A stretch of DNA of 64,000 nucleotides. It comes from Amphiscolops sp. MND2022 (taxonomy: Eukaryota). Position numbers and translations under genes: made by a program. The notes beneath the pieces were generated by a model. That model was given only the letters and a program-made list of their open reading frames with translations, was not told where the DNA came from and ran no database searches. Within the stretch, counting starts at the first letter, position 1. The number at the start of each line of letters is the position of its first letter. Positions 52,501-64,000 of the stretch are shown piece after piece. Where the stretch lies: positions 17,920,001 through 17,984,000 of the forward strand of contig OZ076409.1 in NCBI GenBank assembly GCA_964187785.1. The letters run 5' to 3'.

Positions 52501-55500
52501 TTCTCCCTACAGATCTTCATACAGATCCCCTTATCGACACAACTCTCGTCCTAGATACAGATCACGTTCCTATTCCAGAGACAACAAATTCACAAAATAT
52601 ACAAATTCTTACAGACCACCTTCAAGACCAAGAGATTCTCGATTTTCTAGATCTCGCTCATACTCCAATTCCAGAAACAAAACTAATATGGTACAACAAC
52701 AAGACCAATCTGACCCTATAAAATTTGAAGTACATATGTATCACCCAACAGCAGTGGCAAACGCTGTAACACCCACAAGTTGGTTTTATACATTATATGT
52801 TCATACACCATCAAGTATAGTACAAAGTGATAACCCATCTAGATTGGAAATTGCAATCCTTCTAGATAGCGGTGCTTCCATTTCTGTATTAAATTACCCA
52901 ACATACAAAACCCTTACGGAACTCTTAGATATCAGATCAAATCACACTTCTGATGTTGGACCAACTCGAAAATCCAAAACATTAACCGTTGCAAACCAAA
53001 CTGAAGTTCCAATTTAACACTATGCAAATATAATTTTAAACACTACTATTGATGAAAACTCCCGTTACTTTTCAGTACCTTTTGCAGTAGCTGATATCAA
53101 ATACAACATTCTTGGCACACCATTCTTTGAAGACAATATACAAAACATAAACATACAAGACTTTACACTGGAATTCAAATACCATTCAAAAACACACCCA
53201 AATTATGCAAAGTTCACAACACTCCTATCTAAAGATTTTCCATATTTCTCATACATCTACAGAATTAACTCAAAAACTCAAATACGTCTAAAACCCAAGT
53301 CTTCAAAAATTGCACACTTTCCAATAAAAAATTATCTTAACCTCCATTTTACAACTACACCACAAAACTACATCTTCCTTTCAGTACCTCATACCTATTT
53401 TGCTACCAAATTTCGTACAAATTTCAATTTTTTGGAAGTATTCACTGATGACAAACCAGATATTTGTGCAACTATCATCCAAAACACCTCAAAACATGTT
53501 GCAACACTACCCACAGGACTTATTGGATATATTGAAGTTCCAATTACTATTGAAAAACCCAAATTCTTTCAAGTTAATGATATTAACACTTTAATACATA
53601 ATGTTACTTATACCTATCATTCTGAAATGACTGAACCACTTCCACAAACTAACTATATTGTACAACATGATGATCCTACAACCCCTCCTCCTCAATTTTC
53701 CTTACATCAACTTTATATGACAAACGATGACATTCCAAGTCAAACTTCTCCTTTATATAACGTTCAGCCTACTTCTCATACTTCTGAAAAACGCATTTTT
53801 CCTTCCCTACCATACACTTCTGACAATCTGAAATTCATTATTAAATTTAACTTCCAATTTTCTGACCTTACAGACACCGAATACATTACTCTTTGCAGTA
53901 AGTTACTCAAGTATAAAACATGTTATGCAACTCATAAAAACGATGTTGGAAAAATTTCAACACCCTTCCGTATTCGACTTAAACCAAATGCTCAACTTAT
54001 GACACAACGTCCTTCTAAAGTCCCAATTCACTACCGAGACAAACTCAATGTACTTCTCAAAGAACTCGAAAAATATAACTTTATTAAACAAATTGGTTCC
54101 TCTCCACAAGACAAACCTGTTTATGGCACAACTTATTTAAACCCCTTCATTATAATCCCCAAGGGAGATACCATAAAATGTGTATTAGACGCTCGACATC
54201 TTAACTCCAATACAGAACAATCCGATGAATCTTGGCCTATTGAATCTCTCGCTCCACAATTAGCACGCGCAAATAAAAACTACAAATCTGCTATTGACCT
54301 TATGTATGCCTATGCACATACACCTCTTGATGAAGACACTATTAAACTTACCAGTTTCTCCTCAGGAGATAAACTTTTCGCTTTCATCCGAGGCTTTTAT
54401 GGTCTCAAAGGACTCCCAAACTTCTTTACAAAACAAATGTCTACCTTCTTTAAAACTCGTATACAACAAGGTTTTGCTCTTGTCTACATTGACGATATAT
54501 TACTTTTATCTGACTCTAAAGAACACATGTTCCAACTCATAGAACAATTACATATTATCAGTACAAAAACACAATCTTAAACTAGCCCCTGAAAAATCCT
54601 TTTTCATGCTTCTTAAAGTCAAATTTCTTGGACATGAAATTGGTTACAATACAATTAAACCAATTCATTCGAAAATTGCAGCTATCCATAAAATTCCTTC
54701 TCCAACTGGCAAAGTTGCCCTAATGAGTTTCATTGGCGCACTCAATTTTTACACCAAATTTATTGAAAAACTACATATTAACCTCAAACCATTTTACAAT
54801 CTTTTACATGAGAACACTCCTTGGAAATGGACTGACGAACACGACAGTCTTTTCCAAAAACTTAAAATGTCTCTCACTTCTGAAACAGAACTTACAATAC
54901 CAAATACAAAACATCCATTTTTCATTACAGTTGACGCTTCCCTTATTGGATTAGGCGCTGTCTTATTCCAATTAAATGAACTAAACAAAATGAAAGTTAT
55001 ATCTTACAACTCTCGTATACTCAACCCTCAAGAACAAAAACTCTCCACACTTGATAGAGAGCTCCTTGGTATAGTACATGCTCTCCAAATCTATGAATTT
55101 CTTATCATTGGTTCTCCTCATCCAATACACATTTTTACTGATCACAAACCTTTATTACATTGTTTTACAAAGAAAGGTAACCTTAGTCCTCGATTTTACA
55201 GAGCTCAAATGCAAATAACAAAATTCTCAAAACTCAAAATAATTCACACCCCTGGAAAAAATCTCTCTGTTGCTGACATGTTAAGTCGCTCTTTTACAAA
55301 AACTGAACTACAACTCAACCAATTAAAACATAAACAGCTTCCACCACAAATTGATTTTGCACTTCTACAAAATAACACTCTTAAACCTGTACATTACTTA
55401 ATTAAACATGAAGAAACTTTACCTCGCCAAAAAAATGACTCTCACCACGTCCTTGCTGATTATGGTACAGACCAATTCTCTATTCGTATCAATGATAAAA

Positions 55501-57736
55501 GAAATGACATTGTTGACAAACCGTTACAATCTTTCTCATTCAAATCTATAACTCCTTTTCAAACCAAAATCAAAATACCTATAAAAAGAACAATAAAACC
55601 CTTCATCAACAATCTCTCTTACTCAATGATACTGACGTTACAAGCGATGACGAAGATCATATATATACCAGAATTCCAAAACCTGACTCCTCTTTCTTAC
55701 ATGACACAACATTACAAACAGAAAACTATTCTACTCTTAACAAACTAACCCCAAAAACCTCACAAAAATCTGTTTCCGCAATAAATGTACAATCAAATTT
55801 ACCATCTCTCACACATTCTCCACAGATTATACCTTTTTATGATACATCAATTTTCAAGTACAAAAACTATTTTCAAGGTTTCTTCCTCCCAGATGACTAC
55901 TCATTAGACATAACAACACTTCAACAACAACAATCCCAAGACCCGGTTCTCAGAACTATTCATTCTTGGATTGTAAAAAATGAAAAACCTGAATCTCTAA
56001 CACCATTTATTACTGGCACTCTTTTTCTACATGCTTATTACAAACGATTTTCACAACTTTTTATAGATGACTCCACAAATCTTAGTAGCCTTTATACTAA
56101 ACACCCTACTACTCAAAACCAATCTTTTACTCCAGATTTTGTACACGCTACTATTCGAATCTGTCTTCCATTCCGACTATTCAAAACTGTTTTTAACAAA
56201 CTTCATGAACACTCTCATACAGGTATCAAATTTACCTACAATACATTTGCACAGTATTACTACATTCCATTTGTTGAAAAATGGCTTTCCATGAAAATTC
56301 AAACTGCTCCTACAAAATCCTTCTCAGAACACGCTCCATCTTTCAATTACCGTATTTCAATGGACACTAAAGGACCTATTAATCCTCCTTCCCACAACAA
56401 ATCATATATACATGTTATAATCGATGCTTTCAGTCACTTTGTTGTTACAGTACCCATTAAATCAAACAACGCAAAGACTGCTATCAAAACTCTTCTACAC
56501 CATTGGATTATTAAATTTGGACCACCCATATATCTTGTTACTGATCGTGGATCAGAATGTGTCAATAAAGAAATGGCACAACTCCGTACACTAATGGGAA
56601 TTCGTCATTCTCCTAGAACAGCTTACTCTCCTTGGACAAATGGCCTTGTCGAAGTACAAATTAGAAATCTTGGTACACATCTACGAATGTTCCCACATGA
56701 CAGACCTAAAGATTGGGCATTCCAAGTCCATATGTACGCTTATGCACATAATTCACAACCACTTTCAGAACTCAATATTTCTCCTCATGAAATTGTTTTT
56801 TACACCAGACCCAGAATACCCCTTACTTTTGATCTAAATCTTAATAGAGACACCTCTAAAACATGTATTTCACGTTATTGCTCCCAACTTCCAGAACATT
56901 CTCACTATGATAAATCAGATCTCAACCCATTTTTTAATCGAACTCTTTCAAAACCCATTCCACAATGGTTTCTCGCTGTAGAAACTGCTATGTTACAAAT
57001 TGATTCTACAGTATATGAAAACACTTTACGAAAAATCAATTCACACGCATACATTACAAAAACCTATCACGAAGGTAAACCACTTCCTACTGGCACCTTT
57101 GTTTTAAAACGAAATTTTACGCAAGTACATTTTTCTGACAAACAAAAACCCCTTCGGATTGGACCATACAAAATTATTGATAGACTATCAGATGTTACAT
57201 ATGAACTACTTGCACAAGACGGCTCTACAATACATGTTCATAGAAATCATTTAATTCCATATTATCCAAAAGAACAACTCTTATATCCACATTTGCGTAG
57301 TTTCATGCGCTTTTCAGACACAACTCAATTCCAAATTCCACAACCTACCAAATATGCAAACAGTGATTCTTCCCCATTCAACTCAGACGAATCTTTATCA
57401 GATGAAGATTCTCAAACATTCATGACACCATCCACAACAGATAATTCGTCTCAAACATTTGTAACACCAACATCACTTAGTACGTCCAATCAAAATACAC
57501 CATCTACACCATCCAATGACAAGTCTTTAACGTCCTCAACCAATGACAACTCCTTATATAGACATATTATTAACACCCCTCACACTAATATCCCTAGTGA
57601 CAGATCAAGACACTCTTCTAATACCCAAACAACTTCACTTCCTCCTCTAATTGACAGAACTACTAAAACTACTTATAAACTCCGACAACAACCCAAATTA
57701 GATTATAGACTTTTTATTACACCCTCAAAACTGTAA
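49581..57736 (+). pseudogene. gag-pol polyprotein of copy 2 (reconstructs to about 2700 codons, disrupted)
   Basis: ATG at 49581, capsid-like domain, CCHC knuckle, RS tract, LLDSGAS, YIDD, VDAS, integrase core and RIGPYKI. Lesions checked (for example near 50240 vs 23950) differ between the copies, which implies one ancestral frame. Confidence 0.93.
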
Positions 57737-57846
57737 TGTCAACATTCTATCCACTGGCTCACTCAAAACTAGTCACTACAGCTGAATGAAAAATAGTCAA
57801 TAACAAGTTATCTCAAAGATAACCTGTTGAAGACATTTCAAGAATC

Positions 57847-59061
57847 CTGGATTCTTCCTCTGAATAATCTCCATCAGCTCCAAGTATTCCTTCTACTCCT
57901 GAATCTTCAGTATCAAACACTACAAACTCTAGTAATGTAACTCCTACTACTCCTTCTAAAAGACCAAGATCATACGTTTCTGAAACAACTTCTTCCTCAC
58001 TCCTTCATAGACCACCTATAACTGAAATACCTATAAACACTCGTACTCAACAAACCGCTATTAATGCTCCTATAGTACACATACCAAACCCAGAAAGTGT
58101 TGAACAATACGTAAACTACAAACATCCTACAGCCATCAAAACTGTTAGACTACAACCTCAACTTAATCTTGTACAAATCCCTGATACTGAATATACAAAA
58201 TTACCTTCATTGAAATTACCATCAGAACTTAGTACTACTTCTTCAAAACTTTATCCACCATTAAAACCTCTCCGAAAACCTTCTACATCACTCTCAAATC
58301 TCTTAGACAATACTTCAGAATTCGCTCCATCACAAGACACAAGTTCACTTTTTGTACCTCAACATAGATATAATCTTCGCGACCTCCCTTCACGTAGACT
58401 CAGTACAGACACTTCAACACTCAACTTTTCCGCTCTTTCTAGCAACTCTGCACTACGATTTCTACGACAACACGCTCAACCATTGTCCTCTGACACACAC
58501 TCTTCAGAACTCTTTCAATCTCCTTATTTTACTTCTGGTTTTGACACCGCTTCATTACTTTTTTCTAATGCCCAGACTGCGTTTTTATCAGGAGACCTTT
58601 TGTCACAAGTAGTAATCCCTACTCCTGTTCTTGCACATATTAGACTACCCGAATACTATACTGCAGAACATTCTAGTCCTCCAAATCCTAATTTTGCTGA
58701 TTATCCACTTCGAGTTGACGGAATAACAATCTACGACCCACAAAACGACCATCGATTTCCAATTCTTGCAGAACGTTTCATTAATAACAACGACCTCTTA
58801 TCTCACAAACGCAACGAAACAGAATTAAAACGCCTTCAGACACCCAATCTAGAACTTAAATTTGAAGTTAAAGTCGAATTTCAAGGATTAATTCCACACC
58901 CAATATTTCACAATTCTAAAATAGAACATAAAATCTCTCCTGCTCCTTTTGAAGTAGTACATATTGAATTTGAACGCGATCTTAATATACCTACTATCAC
59001 ATATGGCAGAATCGTCTTCTGTAACCCATATTCAGGTCTCAAATATACAACATCTTTTTAA
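57847..59061 (+). CDS. Orphan ORF of about 400 codons between pol and env with no in-frame ATG and a PSAP motif
   Basis: Frame open from 57868 to 59061 (read manually upstream of the listed TTG at 58210), with one stop at 57865. PSAP at 57871-57882. Overlaps the env start. Confidence 0.65.
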
Positions 59062-61666
59062 ACTCTACACAACCTTTTACATAACAAATCTGATATTCTA
59101 TTTACATTTATTTACCTTCACCTTTTCAATACCCATAACACCCTCTGACACAGAGAACTATCTTCCATCGGATGATCCAAATATTACAAATCTCATGGTT
59201 TCTCATTATGACTGTGCAAAACAGCATAATTTGAGACAATCTAACTTACTTAATGTAAAACAATGCACTGAAGCTCCTTCTGACATTAAACATGCAAGTG
59301 TTAAAGCCCGTGTATATGTCCGAGCAGAAGCTAAACGCATCAAAGCTTTTAAATGTGTTGCTTATGCAAAGAAAGAAAGGAAAATATGCTTTCAAGGTTC
59401 CGTAAAATACCGTCGTGTTGATAGAACGGTATGGAATCATAATACATTACCGCTTCCTGTTACTCTTGATCCATTAGAATGTAAAAACATTATAGGACAT
59501 TTAAATGGTACAAATGATAAAATATTGAACAACCTCCACTACAATAAAACTTTCACACTTTTAGAAGACCATTATTTTCAAGAACGATTGGAACAATATC
59601 AAACTCCTTTCACTGTATTCCAATTAAACAAAGTGTACACAGGTACATTTACATTTATGCCTGCTGATAAAAACTGGATATATGACCCTACTCGAAACCC
59701 TTATCTTAATTGTCCTGCTCATCATCAATTCCAAGTCAACCTAGTTAGTTGGCGATTAGAAATTTCTGATAATAGATCGACATACATTACCCTGCTATTT
59801 TGCAGATGGTTTTTATAAACTCACAACGAAAACCCCTTTTACTATTGTTTGGTTCAATGATGACTTTTGCCTAATTTGCACATTACAAGACTTCATTGGT
59901 CGTATGACAAAAATTGAAGATAGATACTGGATTGAAACAGACTTTTTTGTACATTCTCCACACTCAATAAAACCCAAAACAACTTCTTGTATCAAAGGTA
60001 CAGAACATCCATATGTTTATGCTCCTCATACACAACATCCAAATAACCCAAGTCTTTCAAGATTTGAAGTTTTTCCTACGGCACAAACTTTTTGTGGTAA
60101 ACCAGACCCTCTTTATTCTACACAATAATCAGACCTTTTTGTTACATACACTGAAAGTTTCAATATGCATACAGGACAACCCAACCCTCATTCTATGATT
60201 GATGAATATATTTCTGGTAAAACAGTATTGGACACTTCAAATAACAAATTTATATTTCCTGCATTAAATGTTTCAAACAACTTTGCTAACATTGACTATG
60301 ACGCACATATAAACACCAAAATAGATTACACTATTAACCATGTTTTCAGATCAATGACAGTACAAGAACTAAATACTCTTCATACAATATGTGAATTAGA
60401 ACGAAACCAACTTCTTACAATACTCGCAATGTCAGTACAAAATCCTAAACTTGCTGGTTTTCTTTTAACCGGTAATAGAAGTAATTTCTTGTACGTTGAA
60501 GGCTTACCCGCCTGGCTCTATGACTGCCCTCATTTTTTATCCTTTATATAAAGCTGATAGATGCTTTGACCGTATACCTATCCATTTTAGAGATCCCTTA
60601 ATGTACGTTGATCCAATTACAAGACGAACTTATGACTATGCTACACCAATTACATGTGATAATAATCCACGTAACATTATTGAACTATATCCTGATTCCG
60701 ATGATCAAGATTTTTACATTCTTGGACCTGAACCTATTAAACACAATCCTCCACTAATGTTTACACCTTCACAAATCAAAACTACAATACGCCCTAACAC
60801 TTTTACAGCTCAAGATGCTGGTATATATTCTAATGCAGAACTCGACCAATTTTGGAATCGTATTTTATTTTCCAAACATTCTGATTCTACACTTCAATTA
60901 CTAGGCAAAGCTCTTAGCTATTCTTTCATTTCATCTATTACTCCTAATTATGATGCAGATTCCCCTCAAGATTCTGGTAATTCTATAATACATTTTGTAT
61001 AGGACTACATGATAAACTCTTGAATTTAACTCCTCTTTTTACACCTACATGGTTTTCAGATGCTTTTATTGCACTTTTTGGATATCCTTGTTATATTCTC
61101 ACACATTGTGGTATATACTTTTCTACATTCCTTTTTGTACAAGCTACTCTTACACTCATTGTCAAACTTTACAAAACAATATCTATTAAATATAATCTAA
61201 AAAATAATATTATTTTATTTAGCTCTATCGCACATGGTTTTTTTAATGTTCTTACAGCACGAATGGTCAATGACCTCAATGAGACTCAAAACAAAAAACC
61301 CAAAAGTACACTTATAAAAGCCAAATCCTTAGATAATTTTATTGACACTTCAACAAATTTAATTAATCACTCTACTGATGTTACTTCCCCTCCACCTTCC
61401 TATACTAAACGTCCTAACAAAATTCAATTTCCTAAATTTAACTTGTTTCCGAAACGACACCACAATTCTCACCAAAAAACTGCTTCACTTCCTTTCTCTC
61501 CTGTTCAACATCCTCCACTTCCTAATTATACTCATAAAAACTTTCATCCAAATGACAATCTAACTACTCAACATGACACTTTAACAATTCTGTCACCTCT
61601 ACTACGGATACACCAATTAAAATCTATTCACGGATAAACTATCCTTTTCCTCCTCCATCTTCTTGA
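59003..61666 (+). pseudogene. env: Env-like class III fusogen-type glycoprotein, first tandem copy (disrupted)
   Basis: ATG at 59003, signal-like hydrophobic segment, YDC, CELER..QNP, CFDRIPI..YVDPITR..ITC, TM segment at about 61050-61165 and PPSY in the tail. 38-bp deletion near 59770 and a stop near 60126. Confidence 0.82.
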
Positions 61667-61695
61667 ACACTCTCTCAGTTTTGTGCAAGCTCTCT

Positions 61696-64000
61696 TATAC
61701 AACATCTTTTTAAACTCTACACAACCTTTTACATTACAAATCTGATATTCTATTTACATTTATTTACCTTCACCTTTTCAATACCCATAACACCCTCTGA
61801 CACAGAGAACTATCTTCCATCGGATGATCCAAATATTACAAATCTCATGGTTTCTCATTATGACTGTGCAAAACAGCATAATTTGAGACAATCTAACTTA
61901 CTTAATGTAAAACAATGCACTGAAGCTCCTTCTGACATTACACATGCAAGTGTTAAAGCCCGTGTATATGTCCGAGCAAAAGCTAAACGCATCAAAGCTT
62001 TTAAATGTGTTGCTTATGCAAAGAAAGAAAGGAAAATATGCTTTCAAGGTTCCGTAAGATACCGTCGTGTTGATAGAACGGTATGGAATCATAATACATT
62101 ACCGCTTCCTGTTACTCTTGATCCATTAGAATGTAAAAACATTATAGGACATTTAAATGGTACAAATGATAAAATATTGAACAACCTCCACTACAATAAA
62201 ACTTTCACACTTTTAGAAGACCATTATTTTCAAGAACGATTAGAACAATATCAAACTCCTTTCACTGTATTCCAATTAAACAAAATGTACACAGGTACAT
62301 TTACATTTATGCCTGCTGATAAAAACTGGATATATGACCCTACTCGAAACCCTTATCTTAACTGTCCTGCTCATCATCAATTCGAAGTCAACCTAGTTAG
62401 TTGGCGATTAGAAATTTCTGAAGTCGAACTTACGTATGATGACACATCCAATGACATGATAATAGATCGACATACATTACCCTGCTATTTTGCAGATGGT
62501 TTTTGTAAACTCACAACGAAAACCCCTTCGGTTCAATGATGACTATTTCCTAATTTGCACATTACAAGACTTCATTGGTCGTATGACAAAAATTGAAGAT
62601 AGATACTGGATTGAAACAGACTTTTTTGTACATTCTCCACACTCAATAAAACCCAAAACAACTTTTTGTATCAAAGGTACAGAACATCCATATGTTTATG
62701 CTCCTCATACACAACATCCAAATAACCCAAGTCTTTCAAGATTTGAAGTTTTTCCTACGGCACAAACTTTTTGTGGTAAACCAGACCCTCTTTATTCTAC
62801 ACAATATTCAGACCTTTTTGTTACATACACTGAAAGTTTCAATATGCATACAGGACAACCCAACCCTCATTCTATGATTGATGAATATATTTCTGGTAAA
62901 ACAGTATTGGACACTTCAAATAACAAATTTATATTTCCTGCATTAAATGTTTCAAACAACTTTGCTAACATTGACTATGACGCACATATAAACACCAAAA
63001 TAGATTACACTATTAACCATGTTTTCAGATCAATGACAGTACAAGAACTAAATACACTTCATACAATATGTGAATTAGAACGAAACCAACTTCTTACAAT
63101 ACTCGCAATGTCAGTACAAAATCCTCAACTTGCTGGTTTTCTTTTAACCGGTAATAGAAGTAATTTCTTGTACGTTGAAGGCTTACAAACCTGGCTCTAT
63201 GACTGCCCTCATTTTTTATCTCCTTTATATAAAGCTGATAGATGCTTTGACCGTATACCTATCCTTTTTAGAGATCCCTTAGTGTACGTTGATCCAATTA
63301 CAAGACAAACTTATGACTATGCTACAACAATTACATGTGATAATAATCAACGTAACATTATTGAACTATATCCTGATTCCGATGATCAAGATTTTTACAT
63401 TCTTGGACCTGAACCTATTAAACACAAACCTCCACTAATGTTTACACCAAAACTGAATCAAAACTACAATACGCCCTAACACTTTTACAGCTCAAGATGC
63501 TGGTATAAATTCTAATGCAGAACTCGACCAATTTTGGAATCGTATTTTATTTTCCAAACATTCTGATTCTACACTTCAATTACTAGGCAAAGCTCTTAGC
63601 TATTCTTTAATTTCATCTAATACTCCTAATTATGATGCAGATTCCCCTCAAGATTCTGGTAAACCTTATAATACATTACGTATAGGACTACATGATAAAC
63701 TCTTGAATTTAACTCCTCTTTTTACACCTACATGGTTTTCAGATGCTCTTATTGCACTTTTTGGATATCCTTGTTATATTCTCACACATTGTGGTATATA
63801 CTTTTCTACATTCCTTTTTGTACAAGCTACTCTTACACTCATTGTCAAACTTTACAAAACAATATCCATTAAATATAATCCAAAAAAATAATATTATTTT
63901 ATTTAGCTCTATCGCACATGGTTTTTTTAATGTTCTTACAGCACGAATGGTCAATGACCTCAATGAGACTCAAAACAAAAAACCCAAAAGTACACTTTTA
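61696..64000 (+). pseudogene. env: Tandem duplicate of env lacking the start codon (truncated by the window edge)
   Basis: 61696 onward repeats 59044 onward. It carries its own frameshifts near 62528 and 63450. Confidence 0.88.

Larger units (their letters stand above)
48021..64000 (+). mobile_element. Giant env-bearing Ty3/gypsy-type LTR retroelement, copy 2 (runs off the window end)
   Basis: 5' LTR, PBS, upstream ORFs, gag-pol, PSAP ORF and a duplicated env. Collinear with copy 1 in the opposite orientation. Confidence 0.93.

Noticed and set aside
57734..57738. TAATG stop-start overlap at the end of pol (coupled reinitiation)
   Set aside because: Not conserved: copy 1 has TAG TCT at the same place, and the frame is closed by a stop at 57820 before the PSAP ORF.
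1..64000. Assigning a species or a gene symbol to the FN3 gene
   Set aside because: Only FN3 exons are visible, with no signal peptide, TM or catalytic exon, and nothing in the window is taxon-diagnostic without a search.

Overview
Eukaryotic, almost certainly animal, genomic DNA with GT-AG introns and dense transposon content. The only host gene visible is a minus-strand gene with five symmetric phase-1 exons, each encoding one fibronectin type III (FN3)-like domain (32489-32196, 31335-31054, 30540-30247, 30001-29702, 1168-875). Almost everything else is transposable-element DNA. (1) A degenerate BEL/Pao LTR element at 1510-6520 with 150-bp LTRs and a 5-bp TSD. (2) Two diverged copies of a giant (at least 17.5 kb) Ty3/gypsy-type LTR element at 6798-26125 (minus) and 48021 to beyond 64000 (plus). 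(3) Two decayed CR1/L2-like LINEs. (4) Two inverted-repeat DNA elements. (5) An 8-kb non-autonomous LTR element at 36592-44595. The giant element is the most interesting object. It has a retrovirus-like multi-ORF layout: small hydrophobic upstream ORFs, an approximately 2700-codon gag-pol, an ATG-less PSAP-containing ORF of about 400 codons, a membrane-anchored glycoprotein resembling class III fusogens (herpesvirus gB / chuvirus G type) with a PPxY tail, and a further large orphan ORF. Both copies are pseudogenised. Copy 1 has about 1.4 kb of its own 5' host flank duplicated next to its 3' LTR, and copy 2 has a tandemly duplicated env. All family assignments come from motifs read by eye; no database searches were run.
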